This document shows, one piece after another, positions 37,476 through 50,575 of a DNA stretch of 64,000 nt (the stretch's first letter is position 1; each line of letters starts with the position of its first letter). The notes beneath the pieces were generated by a model, which saw only the letters and a program-made list of their open reading frames with translations, was not told the DNA's origin and made no database searches. Origin of the DNA: Mobula hypostoma (lineage: Eukaryota). The translations under genes were made by a program, and so were the position numbers. The stretch spans positions 240,624,001 to 240,688,000 of the forward strand of contig NC_086097.1 in NCBI RefSeq assembly GCF_963921235.1, in the 5' to 3' direction.

Positions 37476-37710
37476 ATGGCATCCGTTAGTCTCGCGAGAC
37501 CATGGATCTGCGCCCGGAAAGTCTTGCTTCAGTCTGTGTTAGAGCAGCGTCTGTTGTGGCTGTAGAGGCCCACACGGGAGTGACAGTCTCGGCTGCAGCA
37601 ACTGCACTTGAAGGCGCTGTCCTCCAGCGTTGTCTTGCTGCTGTTTTTCCGACGAGTGCGCTTTTCTTCAGCAGTAAGCCTCAGCTTCTCTTCTCCGCTT
37701 TTTAGTCTCT
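37476..37710 (-). mobile_element. RTE-clade LINE extreme 3' end (C-terminal zinc-finger-like motif and 3' UTR)
   Basis: Translates to ..AEEKRTRRKN..FKCSCCSRDCHSRVGLYSHNRRC..*; UTR GGCGCAGATCCATGGTCTCGCGAGACTAACGGATGCC. Confidence 0.82.
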
Positions 37711-38861
37711 TAGGGTTGTATGTGGTGACATATACTCTATGTACTTGGATAACAAAACTTACTTTGTAACTGTAAGATATACGGTAAGTATCTTATCAAA
37801 TATCTTCACAGAGAAGGTTTAGGAGCTAGCTGGAAAAATACTTTAGTCATAGCATTTCCTTTAACTTTCATGGGATGACACAGTGGTGTAGCAGTTAGCG
37901 TAATGCTGTAACAGTGCCAGTGACCTGGGTTCAATTCCCGCTGCTTTCTGTCAGGCATTTATACTTTCTCCCTGTGACCGCGTGGGTTTCCTCCCACATT
38001 CTGGGTTAGTAGATTAATTGGTCACATGGGTGCAATTGGGTGGCACAGGCTGTTTGGGACAGTTACTGTGCTGTATCTCGAAATCAAACAAAAATACAAA
38101 CATTGCAACAGCAGATTTGAAGAGAGGTATTTGCACGTCTACCAAATGCTTCGCAGAAATCAGGTTTTTTATTGAAACAGCAAATCATCATTCGTTGGGA
38201 GTATGGAGTCTTTTTATGGCCGATGACAGAGATAACATTCAAAATATATCAACAGAGAAAGCGGTGGGGTCATATCAGGTACAGCTTATGTATCATTTGT
38301 CATTGTCACAGCTGTCATTTTATCAAGAAGATTAAAGTTATTTTGTGCTACAAGCCAGCAGGTCAAGAAAAGATTGGATGTACAGTAATTGCTGAAAATA
38401 ACCAGTGAGCCCACACCAAATGAGGACAGATTTGTGAGGAGAAAGGGCAAACATGTTACTTTGGTGAGACTGTATGAGGGAGACCTCTCCAAGTGAAACA
38501 CACTGCTGTTTGTATTTATTGCTGGTTGTTCCCTGATACAGCAGGGACTGAAAGAACTCCGCAGATCATCCACCCAGAATTGTCCTCGGGACATTGGGGT
38601 TTTTCAGACAGGAACCCACCGCCAGGTCCCACGTGCGTAGCGAGGGAACTAAAACTTTTGCAGAGTACTGTATTTGTCAACGTGGACCGTCAAGCGAGTT
38701 TGTAAACCTAGCAGGAGCAAAGGATGTTGGGAATGGTGAGGGTGGAGCACCGGGGGAGGGGTGTTGGATAGCTGGCGGCGGGGTGGGGGTACGTGGAGAC
38801 ACAACCCGCCCTGAGACACCAGGCAAGGTCATCTGATTCCAAGCAGTTGGTTTATTGATCA

Positions 38862-39028
38862 CCACAAACAAGAGAAAATCTGCAGATGCTGGAAATCCAA
38901 GCAACACACACAAAATGCTGGAGGAACTCAGCAGGCCAGGCAGCATCTATGGAAAAAGTACAGTCACCGTTTCGGCCCTGCTGTTGCCTGGCCCGCTGAG
39001 TTCCTCCCGCATTTTGTGTGTGTTGCTC
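38862..39028. mobile_element. Fold-back Penelope-like mini-insertion with 13-bp TSD
   Basis: GGTTTATTGATCA at 38849-38861 and 39029-39041; internal inverted arms. Confidence 0.85.
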
Positions 39029-39226
39029 GGTTTATTGATCATTACAGAGTGTCTCGCTGGTGCTTCCTGCTCCCTTCTCTCTCCCTTCCCTTTTCCCAAC
39101 CATGATTCCCTTCTCCCTGTGCTCTTCCAACTCTCAGTCCACAATGGAAACACACATCAGGTTTGTCACATTTGTCATGAAATTTTTTTTTGTGACAGCA
39201 GTACAGTGCAATACATAAAATTACTA

Positions 39227-39293
39227 CAGTACTGTGCAAAAGTCTTGGGCAACCTAGCATTGTATATGTGCTGAAGTCTTTTGCACAGTACTG
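39227..39293. mobile_element. 67-bp Tc1/mariner-type MITE
   Basis: Perfect 16-bp TIR CAGTACTGTGCAAAAG, TA on both flanks. Confidence 0.88.
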
Positions 39294-39409
39294 TACATAC
39301 ACACAGTATCATGCTATATATATACATTTATACTACTTATATCAATATATATACACTCTATATCGCCAAATACTATTCTGAGATTCATTCTCTTGCATGC
39401 AGTCAATCA

Positions 39410-40875
39410 CATTATCTCAATGTCGCAAAAACAAAGGAGCTGGTTGTGGATTACAGGAGGAATGGAGACAGGCTAACTCCTATTGACATCAATGGATCTG
39501 GGGTTGAGAGGGTAAACAGCTTTAAGTTCCTTGGCATCCACATCACCGAGGATCTCACATGGTCTGTACACACCAACTGTGTGGTGAAAAGGACACTACA
39601 GAGGATCAGAGGGATCTTGGGGTCTGAGTTTATAGGACACTCAAGGCTGCTGCGCAGGTTGACTCTGTACTTAAGAAAACATACAGTGCATTGGCCTTCA
39701 TCAATCGTGGGATTGAGCTTAGGAACTGAGAAGTAATGTTGCAGCTAAATAGGATCCTGGTCAGACTCCATTTGGAGTATTGTGCTCAGTTCTGGTCGTC
39801 TTGCTACAGGAAGGATGTGGAAATCGTAGAAAGGGTGGAGAGGAGATTTACAAGGATGTTGCCTGGATTGGGGAGCATGCATTATGAGAATAGGTTGAGT
39901 GAACTCGGCCTTTTCTCCTTGGAGTGATGGAGGATGAGAGGTGACCTGATAGAGGTCTTCAAGATGATGAGAGGTATTGATCATGTGGATAGTCAGAGGC
40001 TTTTTCCCAGGGCATAAATGGCTAGCACGAGAGGACACAGTTTTAAGGTGCTTGGAAATAGATACAGAGGGATGTCAGGGGTATGTTTTTTACGCAGAGA
40101 GTGGTGAGTGCGTGGAACGGGCTGCCGGCAACAGTGGTGGAGGTGGATACGATAGGGTCTTTTAAGAGACTCTTGGACAGGTATATGGAGCTCAGAAAAA
40201 TAGAGGGCTATGGGTAACCCTAGGTAATTTCTCAGGTAAGGACACGTTCAGCACAGCTTTGTGGGCTGAAGGGCTTGTATTGTGTTGTAGGTTTTCTATG
40301 TTTCTATGTTCTATGTTTCTAACAGCGCCTCTTTCACCTCAGACAGTTGAGGAAGTTTGGTATGGGCCCCCAGATCCTAAGAACTTTCTACACAGGCACA
40401 ATTGAGAGCATCCTGACTGGCTGCATCACTGCCTAGTATGGGAACTGTATTTCCCTTAATCGCAGGATTCTGCAGAGAGTAATGTGGATAGCTCAGCACA
40501 TCTGTAGTTGTGAACTTCCCATGATTCAGGACATTTACAAAGACAGGTGTGTAAAAAGAGCCTGAAGGATCACTGGGGACCCGAGTCACCCCAATCACAA
40601 TCTATTCCAGCTGCTACCATCCAGGAAACGGTAGCACAGCATAAAAGCCAGGACAAACAGGCTCTGGGACAGCTTCTTCCACCAGGCCATCAGACTGATG
40701 AACTCACGCTGATTTGACTGTATTTCTATGTTACATTGACTGTTCTATTTATTATAAATTACTATCATTGCACATTGCACATTTAGATGGAGATGTAACA
40801 TAAAGATTTTTACTCCTCGTGTATGTGAAGGATGTAAGAAGTAAAGTCAATTCATTCAATTCATTCATTCATTCA
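39410..40875 (+). mobile_element. Rex1-type LINE 3' part, interrupted by a CR1 (39601-40320)
   Basis: LNVAKTKELVVDYRR..FKFLGIHITEDLTW; resumes at 40321; (ATTC)n tail. Confidence 0.88.
39601..40320 (+). mobile_element. 5'-truncated CR1 (subfamily A)
   Basis: HLEYCAQFWS..RRFTRMLPGL; (TTCTATG)n tail. Confidence 0.9.
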
Positions 40876-41099
40876 TAAAACAAAGAAATACTATAGAAAT
40901 ATAATAGCATCAATGAAAAACTACACAGAAAGACTGTTGCAAATACAAAATAAATAAATAAATAGATAAGTCCATAAATAATATTGAGAAAATGAGTTGT
41001 GGAGTCCCTGAAAGTGAGTCCATAGGTTACATTCAGTAATCAGTTCAATGCTGAGGAGAGTGAAGTTATCCACACTGGTTCAGTAGTCTGATCGTAGGC

Positions 41100-41800
41100 A
41101 AAAGAGAAAGGAGACATCAAGTGGTTGTTCCGTTCATGGGAGAATTCAACTAGAAGGAAGCAACACAACTCCCCACCCACCAGAAAACAAAAATCTGATT
41201 CTAATCAGCCTAACGTATGGCCACGATAAACAGGACAATTTAAAAGATTTAGGATCGGTTTGAGCTTACGAGAAAATGAAGCAGAACACTGTTTTTTTGG
41301 TGAGCTAGGAAATGGAGAACATTTGGTGATCATTAAAAGTGTTTCAGAATGACCCAGGAAATTATACGGCAATACTAGACAGAATAGCCATGTATTTTGT
41401 GTAGATGGAAACCAGATTTTTGAGGAACATAAATTGAATCAATGAACAGGAAGAAAGAGAATCCATAGGCAGCTTTGTTACAGCACTCTGCTGTCTGGGA
41501 GAACATGCTGGCTATAGTAGTCGACAGGATGTGTACCAACAAGAGGCCAGGCGACTGCTCAAAGTTAAACTCCGATCCAGCTCTCGATAAATTAATAATT
41601 GAAGGAAAATGAAATACAACAATTAAGAAGCAACAAAGAGAAGTCAAACAGTTGGCAGTAGGAGGAGAAACAAGTGAACTGTTTGAAGACATGAGTCTGA
41701 TCGCAGCGAGATTTACAGAGAAAAAGTCCAAACAAGTCTGGAGGGGAGATCTGAAAGAATGAGACCCAGGCCAGGAAAGCAGGGACCAGTGTACTGTGTT
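41100..41800 (+). mobile_element. Highly decayed LTR-retrotransposon gag-like remnant
   Basis: ~41450-41520 translates to QEERESIGSFVTALCCLGEHAGY, resembling Gypsy gag Q..GES...F...L..LAE.C.Y; boundaries uncertain. Confidence 0.5.
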
Positions 41801-43529
41801 TTAGTGCATCTTGACAGGTGGATATTAAAGACCATAAGAACATAAGATATAGGAGCAGAATTAGGCCATTCAGCCCATCAAGCCTGCTGCACCATTTCAA
41901 GGTTCAAATTCATTATCAAAGAATGGATGCCGAATATAATCTTGAAATTAATCTTCTTGCAAACACCCACAAAATAAAGGAAGACAATAGAATCCATAAA
42001 AATCCACATGCGATAAAGTCCAACAAACATCCAATGTGAAGCAGAGGACAAATTAGAAATAAAGAAACATAGAAAACCTACAGCACAATACAGGCCCTTT
42101 GGCCCACAAAGTTGTGCCGAACATGTCCCTACCTTAGAAGTTACCAGGCATACCCATAGCCCTCTATTTTTCTAAGCTCCATGTATCTATCCAAAAGTCT
42201 CTTAAAAGACCTTATCGTATCCACCTCCACCACCGTTGCTGGCAGCCCATTCCACGCACTCACCACTCTCTGAGTAAAAAACTTACCCCTGACATCTCCT
42301 CTGTACCTACTCCCCAGCACCTTAAACCTGTGTCCACTTGTGGCAACCATTTCAGCCCTGGGAAAAAGCCTCTGACTATCCACATGATCAATGCCTCTCG
42401 CTGTGCAAATAGTTTTTAAAAAGTAAACAAATAACACAGAACATGAGCTGCAGAGTCCTGAATGTGAGTCTACAGCCTGTTGAATCAGTTCAGCACTGAG
42501 GCAAGTGAAATTATCCTTGCTGGCCCAAGAACCCGATGGCTATCTTGCAACGTATTTTCCTGAACCTGGCAGTATGGGACCCAAGAAGCCTGCACCTCCC
42601 ACCTGATGGTAGTCGTGAGATTAGAGGGAGATGCTCAAATGCAGGCAGATTGGATGGACTCAACGGGCAGGGGGATTTATTCAGCACCATCATTATGTGC
42701 CATCTCGCTTGACATGGCGATCACTGTCTATCCATGACCATGATTGTTCCTGGAAATTTTTCCTACAGTAGTGGCTTGCCATTGCCTTCTACTGGGCAGC
42801 GTCTTTACAAGATGGGTGACCCCAACTGTTATCAATACTCTTCAGAGATTGTCTACCTGGCATCAGAGGTCGCATTACCAGGAATTGTGATATGCACTGG
42901 CTGCTCATATGACCGTCCACCACCTACTTCCATGGTTTAATGTGTCCCTGATCAGGGGGCTAAATAGGTTCTATACCTTGCCCAAAGATGACCTGTAGGC
43001 TAGCCAAGGGAAGGAGTGCTTTACACCTTCCTTTGGTAGACACATATCTCCACCTCACCACTCAGGAAGGATTTATTCTGCACTCCTGCCTTCTCTCCAT
43101 AACACGTGATGCTCTCTCTAATCAAGAACCTATCAACTTGCACTTTTAATATAACCTGTGACTTGACCTCAACAGCCATCTCTGGCAATGAATTCCACAG
43201 ATTCACCACTTCTGGCTCAAGACATTCCTCCTCATCTCAGTGGCAGTACTGTTGAGCAGAGACTACTAGTGTCCTGGTCAGCCAACCTTCCACTAACACA
43301 ATCAATTCCCATTCATCATATTACTGTTTACAAGACTGGCTGTGCTAAAACTTGGCATCAGTTTGAAGTAAATAACTGTTAAGATTGCTGAGGTGTTTCA
43401 GAGTGGAATGAATGTCCTGACATTGGATCGCATTGCGCTGCATTATTGTGTGATGCACAGCTCAGTTTCAATGGAAAATAAATTGCAATAAAAATCCAGA
43501 TTACAGTAGCTTCATCTCATCAATCAAGT

Positions 43530-44225
43530 AAGTTTAAAGTAAATTTATTATCAACCCTGAGATTCATTTTCTTGTGGGAATACTCAATAAATCCATTATA
43601 GAATAATAACTATAACAGAGTCAATGACACATCACACCAACTTGGGTTTTCAACTAGTATGCAAAAGACAACAAACTGCAAATACAATAAGAAATAAATA
43701 ATGATGATAAATACATATCGAGAACATGAGATGAAGAGTCCTTGAAAGTGAGTCATTAGATTGTGGGAACATTTCAATGTCAGAGCAAGTGAAGTTGAGT
43801 GAAGTTATCCCAACTAGTCCAAGAGCCTAACAGTTGGGGGTAATAACTCTTCCTGAACCTGCTGGTGTGGGTACTAAGTCTCACGGACTTTCTTCTGGAT
43901 GGGTGGTGGGGCTCTTGATGCTGGTTTCCTGTGAGAGCACTCCGTGTAAACATGCTCAATGGTGGGGAGGGTTTTACCCAAGATGGACTGGGCAGTATCC
44001 ACTATATTTTGTTGGATTTTCCACTCGGGGGCATTGGTGTTTCCATACCAGGCTGTCATGCAGCCAGCCAGTATACTCTCCACTGCACATCTAACAGAGG
44101 TTTGTCAAAGTTTTAGATGGCGTGATGAACCATCACAAACTCCAAAGAAAGTAGAGATGCTGCCATGTTTTCTTTGCAATCGCACTTACGTACTGGGCTC
44201 AGGGCAAGTCCGCCAAAATGATAAC
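43530..44225 (-). mobile_element. Rex1-type LINE 3' fragment
   Basis: VESILAGCMTAWYGN..AQSILGKTLPTIEHVY. Confidence 0.8.
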
Positions 44226-45975
44226 GTCTCCAAAGGAGCAGCACAGTAGTGTAGCAGTTAGTGTAATTCTGTTACAGTGCCAGTGACCCGGGTTCAGTTC
44301 CGTTACTGTCTGTGTGGAGTCTCTACGTTCTCCCCATGACAGCACGTGTTTCCTTCAGATAGTCCTGAACCTTCCCAAGTTCCCAAGATGTACAGGTTAA
44401 TAGGTTAATAGATCACCTGGTGTAATTGGGTTGCTCGGGCACATTCCTTTGAACGATCCCCAATAATCACCACATCCAGGTGTTGATATCGGCATTGTTA
44501 CTGGCTTATCTTGCATATGGATTACTCGGATCAAATCACTATTGATCGAATGGATAGCCAGAGACTTTTTCCCAGGACAGAAATGGCGACTACAAGGGGA
44601 GCAGAATTTTAAGGTAATTTGAGGAAAGTATAGGGGGAGTGTCACAGGTAAGGTTTTCTACACAAGAGTGGTGAGTGTATGGAATGCCCTGTCATTCTTG
44701 GGGGTAAAGGCAGGCACGTTAGGACCACTTAAGAAACTTTTAAATAAACACATGGATGATATGAAATGGAGGGCTATATAGAAGGGGAGATTTTAGAAGA
44801 TTAATCTCTAAGTCGGTACAACATCATGGGCCAAAGGGCCCGAATGATGCTCTAATGTTCTATGTTCTATTTTCAGTATATAATACTATATTAGATTGAT
44901 GATAGGGTAGGTTAAGATGTTGGTACAGCATTGTGGGCCAAAGGGTGTACACTGTGCTCTACTGTTCCACATGTTATGTTCTGTTCTGGAGCGGCATGGG
45001 AGCATAGCGGTTCGCTTAACGCCATTGCAGAGCCCGCGAGCTGGGTCCAGTCCCTGCTGCTGTCTGTAAGGTGTTTGTATGTTTTCCCAGTGGGTTTCCT
45101 CCGAGTGCTTCGGTTTCTCCAAAGATGTACCAGTTAGTACAGAGTTCAAAGTAAGTTTATTATCAAAGGGATACATGTCATCCTGAGATTCATTTTCTTG
45201 AGGTCATACACAAAAAATCCAACAAACACAATAGAGTCAATGAAAGGTCACACACAACAGGGTGGACAAATAACCAAAGTGCAAAAGGCAAAAAAAGAAA
45301 AAAATAATAATGTTTGGAGAACGTGAGATGAAGAGTCCTTGAAAGTGAGTCCATTAGTTGGGTGAACCGCTCAGTGATAGGGCAAGTGAAGATATCATCT
45401 CTAGTTGAAGAGCAGCCTGATGGTTGAGGTCATAACTGCTCCTGAATCTGGTGGTGTGGGACCTGAGGCTTCTGTACCTTCTTCCTGATGGTAGCAGTGA
45501 GAAGAGAACATGTCCTGGGTGGTTTGGGTTCCTGATGATAGATGCTGCCTAACTGCAACTGCACTTTGTGTAGATGTGCTTAATGCTGGGGAAGGCTGTA
45601 CCCGTGATGAACTGGGCTCTATCAAACATGTATAGGAATTGCTTCTTCCTTTTGGAGGGTAATTGATCATTGTAAATTGTTCTGTGGTTAGATAAGGTAA
45701 AAAAGTTGTTCCATAATTCTTTAAATAAAAAATTAAAATAAATTATACAGTGCAGGAGGTAAAACAGAGACAACGTAGAGTGTTAGAGAATGAGGGCTGA
45801 TTTGATAGAGGTATACAAAGTTCTGAGCGGTATAGATAGGGTAAATGCAAGGTTTGGTAAGACTAGAACTAGAGATCGTCGTTTAAGGGTGAAAGGTGAA
45901 ATATTGAAAGGAACCCTGAGGGGAAACTTCTTCTCTCAGAGGATGGTGAGAGTGTGGAATGAGTGAAAGTGGTGG

Positions 45976-46287
45976 GTGTTGGCACGTGGCCAAGTGGTTG
46001 AGGCGTCGGTCTAGTGATCTGAAGATCGCTAGTTTGAGCCTCAGCTGAGGCAGCGTGTTGTGTCCTTGAGTGAGGCACTTAATCACACATTGCTCTGTGA
46101 TGACACCAGTGCCAAGCTGTATCGGTCCTAATGCCCTTCCCTTGGACAACATCGGTGGCATGGAGAGTGGAGACTTGCAGCATGGGCAACTGCCGGTCTT
46201 CCATTCAACCTTGCCAAGGCCTGCGCCCTGGAAACCTTCCAAGGCGCAAATCCATGGACAAGACTAACGGATGCCTAAGAAGAAGAA
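45976..46287 (+). mobile_element. tRNA-head SINE with RTE-derived 3' end, (AAG)n tail
   Basis: Homologous to 36816-37116; TSD GAAAGTGGTGG at 45965-45975 and 46288-46298. Confidence 0.9.
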
Positions 46288-46411
46288 GAAAGTGGTGGAT
46301 TTATGACATGATTAAAAGCCATCAGACATTGTTCTTAACTCTGAGCACTACTGCTCACTTCATTACCCTTGTGACCATTCATGAATAGGCCAGCAAGGTG
46401 GCTGTTATTGT

Positions 46412-49335
46412 AGAGTCATAGAGAAGTACAACAGAGAACGAGGCCCTTCAGCCCATCTAGTCCATGCCAAAATCATTTAAACTGTCCACTCCCATTGACC
46501 TGCATCAGGAACATGCCCCTATTATCCATGTATCTATCCAAACTTCCCTTGACCATTGAAATTGAGCTCAAATACATCACTTGTGCTGCCAGCTCATCCC
46601 ATTCTCACAACACTCTGACTGAAGAAGTTTCCCCTCATGTTCTTCTTAAACTTTTTACCTTTCCCCCTTAACCCATGACCTCTGGTTGTAGTCCCACCCA
46701 ACATTAGTGAAAAAAGCCTGCTTGTGTTCACTCTAACTATACATCTCATAATTTCCTCTCAATCTTCTATGTTCTAAGGAATACAGTGCTAACCTATTCA
46801 GTCTTTCCTTATAACTCAGGTCCTCCAGACCCGGCAACATTCTTGTAAATTATCTCTGTACTTTCTCAACCTTATATACATCTTTCCTGCAGGTAGGTGA
46901 CCAGAATACAATACTTGAATTAGGCTTCACCAACGTTGTATACAACTGCAACAAAACATCCCATCTCCTGTACTTAATGTATTGATTTATAAAGGTCAAT
47001 GTTCCAAAAGCTTTCTTTACAACCCTGTCTACCTGTGACGCCACTTTCAACAAATTATGGACCTGTATTCCCAGATCCATTTGTTCTACAACACTTCTCA
47101 TTGCACTACTGTTCACTGTGTCAGATCTGCCTGGTTAGTCCTACCAAAGTGCAAAATGTCGCACTTGTCTGCATTGAATTCCATCTGCCATTTTTTAGCC
47201 TATTTATCCAGTTGATGCAGATACCCCTGCAAGCCATGATAGGCTTCCTTACTGTCCACTGCACACCCAAACTTGTTGTCATGCGCAAATTTCCTGAACC
47301 AGTTAACCATATTATCTTCCAGGCTGCTGATATAAATAGCAAAGAACAATGGACCCAACACGGCTCTTTGCGAAAAACCACTAGTCACAGGCCTCCAGTC
47401 AGAGAGGTAACTCTCCACTACCACTCACTGGCTTTTCCTACAAAGCCAATGTTTAATCCAATTTGATTTCAACAATGACTATTCCCCTATGTTTTTATCG
47501 GCAACCATGGGGAATGTTCTGCCTTCATCTGTTCTGTTCTATCACATTGTTATTTTCATGAACTCTTATCAGGTTTAATCTCATGAATGCCGAGCGACTG
47601 AACCTTCTTGACCAACCTCCCACACGGGACCTTGACAAGTGCCTTGCTGAAGTCCGTGCAGGCAACATCCACTGCCTTGCCTTCATCCACATAACTGGTA
47701 ACTTCCTCAAAAAACTCTGTAAGATTGGTTAGACATGACCTACCATGCACAAAGCCACATGGACTATCCATAATCAGTCCATCTCTATCCAAATACTTAT
47801 ATATCCCTCAGAATACTTTCCAATAACATTCCCAAACCTGATGTCAGACTCAACGGCCTATAATTTCCTGCTTAGAGACTTCTTTAAACAGCGGAATAAC
47901 ATTAGCTATCCTCCAATCCTCTGTTACCTCTTTTGTCACTAAGGATGATTTAAATATCTCTGCTTGGGCCCTGGCAATTTCTGCACTTGCCTCCTGTAGG
48001 GACCAAGGGAGCATTGGGGATTTATCCACCCTAATTTGCCTCAGAATAGCAAACACCTCCTCCTCTGTAATCTGTACTAGATCGATGAAATTGATACCTT
48101 TTTACCTCACTTCCACAGACTCTGTGCCCATCCCCTGAGTAAATACAGATGCAAAAAAATTATTTAATATTTCCCCAGTCTGGTTTGGCTCCACACATGG
48201 AATATCATTCTCAAATTCCAGAGGACCAAATTTCTCCCTTGCAATCCTTTTGCTCTTGACATAACTGTAAAATCCCTTTGGATTCTCCTTCCCCTTGTCT
48301 GCTGGAGCAAATTCATGCTTTCTTTTAGCCCTCCTGATGTCTTTCTTAAGTGTTCTCTTGCAGTTCTTATACTCTTATTTTCTCTGAACCAGGGCCTCAA
48401 TATCTCTTGAAAACCAGGGTTCCATGCACTTATTAGCTTTTTCTTTTATTCTGACAGGCTCATACAGCTTTTGTACTCTCAATATTTCATTTTTGAAGGC
48501 CTCTCATTTTCCAAGCACAGCTTTGCCAGAAAGCCTGTCCCAATCCACACTTGTCAGGTCATTTCTGATACCATCAGAATTGGTCTTTCTGCAATTTAGA
48601 ACCTCAACCCACAGAGCAGACCTATCTTTTTTGCATATTCACCTTAAAACTAATGGCATTGTGGACACCAGTTTCCCTACACGAGTTTCTGTCACCTGCC
48701 CTGTCTCATTCCCTAATAGTAGATTCAGTACTGCACACTCTCTTGTTGAGACTTCTATGTGCTGATTATGCAAACTTTCCGAAACACATTTGGCAAGCTC
48801 TATTCCATCTAGTCCTTTGATAGTATGGGAGTCGCAGTCAATATGTGGAAAGTTAAAATCACCCACAAGAACATTATGTTTCTGCAACAGGCTGCGGTCT
48901 CTCTACAATTTGTTCCTCTAAATCCCTCGAACTGTTGGCTGGAATGTAATGCTGAATTGAATTGAATTTACTTTAATTCTTACATTCTCATGAGGAGTAA
49001 AAATCTTCATATTACGTCTCCGTCTGAATGTGCACTGTGTAGAGCCCCATTAACATGGTCATTCCTTCCTTATTACTCAGTTCCACCCATAACACCTCAC
49101 TAGTTGAGTTCTCCAGTCTGTCCCGACTGAGCACTGCATGACATTTTCCGTGACTAGTATCACCACCCCTCCTCCTTTAATCCTTCCCGTTCTGTCACAT
49201 CTGAAACAACAAAACCTCGGAATACTGAGCTGCCAGTCCTGTCCTTACTGCAACCAAGTCTCACTAATGGCTACGATATCATAATTCCAGGTGTTGATCC
49301 ATGCCCTAAGCCCATCCGCCTTTCTTATGATACTT
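46412..49335 (-). mobile_element. Decayed CR1 (endonuclease through RT and 3' UTR; possibly two joined pieces)
   Basis: VLVGDFNFPHIDC (APE endonuclease), GFVHGRSCLTNLTEFFE, KFAHDNK. Confidence 0.85.
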
Positions 49336-49339
49336 CATG

Positions 49340-49790
49340 TCATAGCAACTCAATGCATAATAGCATGCAGGCGTGGACAAAAGATTCAATTGTTTTTCAG
49401 ACCAAGTATCAGAATGGGGAAGGAATTTGATCTAAGTGGCTCTGACTGTGAAATAATTATTGGTGCCAGCTGGGATGGTTTAAGTATCTCAGAACTTGCT
49501 GATTACCTGGGCCTTTTATGCACTACAGTCTCTAGAGTTTACAGGGAATGGTGTGAAAGACAAAAAAAAATGCAAGCAGTGAGCACCGTTCTGTGGGCGA
49601 AAATGCCTTGTTCATGAGACGGGTCAGAGATTGATTAGACTGGTTCAAGACGGGAAGGAGACAGTAACTCAAATAATGGCAGTGTTCAGAAAGTATCTCT
49701 GAATGCACAATATGTCAAGCCTTGAAGTGGATGGGCCACAGCAGCAGAAAAATTATGTTCGTACACTCGTTGGCCTCTTTTTTTTAGGTA
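49340..49790 (+). mobile_element. Deleted Tc1-like transposon remnant (N-terminal HTH)
   Basis: MGKEFDLSGSDCEIIIGA..GLSISELADYLGLLCTTVSRVYREW. Confidence 0.72.
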
Positions 49791-50575
49791 TAGAAGGTAT
49801 TGCAGACAATAAAGCCTAAATTAGAAACGGGCAAGACTCTTGCAGTTATTAGGAACCTTCTCAAGAAAATGTAAGACAGGAGCATGGATCCATTGGTCAG
49901 CTCCTAACTGGACAGCTCTGACGAGGGGCCGTTTTTGAGAAATTTTGGGGCACACTGGTCACTGGATACCCTTTAACATCGAACAATACACAATACACAT
50001 TGCACAATACAACATAGCAGCATCAGAGACCAGCGAATGAAGTTAGATTACGGTTGGCGAAGGAGTGACTCCTGTAGAATAAGTTGGACTCTTGAACTCA
50101 TAATCTACCTCATTATGATCTTACACTTTATTATTCGCCTGCACTGCTCTTGCACTTTATTATTTTCTGCAGCTTTTCCAATTTATTCTGAGTCAGATGC
50201 CAATAAGCTGATTTGGAGTCATAGAGCACAGCAGCACTGAAACAAGCCCTTCAGCCCATCTAGTCTGTGCCGAACAGTTTCCTAGTCTCATTGACATGAA
50301 AATTCACCATAGCCCTCTAGACCCTCCCCATCTATGTACTTATCCAAACTTCTCTTAAGTATTGCAATCAAACCCACAACAACCTCTTCCGAAGGCAGCT
50401 CGTTCCACACTTGCAGTGTCTTTAGAAAATGGGTGACCCTAGCCATTATCAGTAATCCTCAGAGCTTGTCTTGCTCACTGCCTGTAATGCTGGTGTTTAG
50501 GGCAGCAAGAAAGGTCCTCCATTCTGGTGGTTCTCAGGGCTTCCGTCAGCGTGTCAGTAGCTCAGTTTCCACTAC

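Noticed and set aside
49918..49945. CTGACGA...GAAA as another hammerhead
   Set aside because: No convincing stem I, stem II or matching cleavage-site pairing
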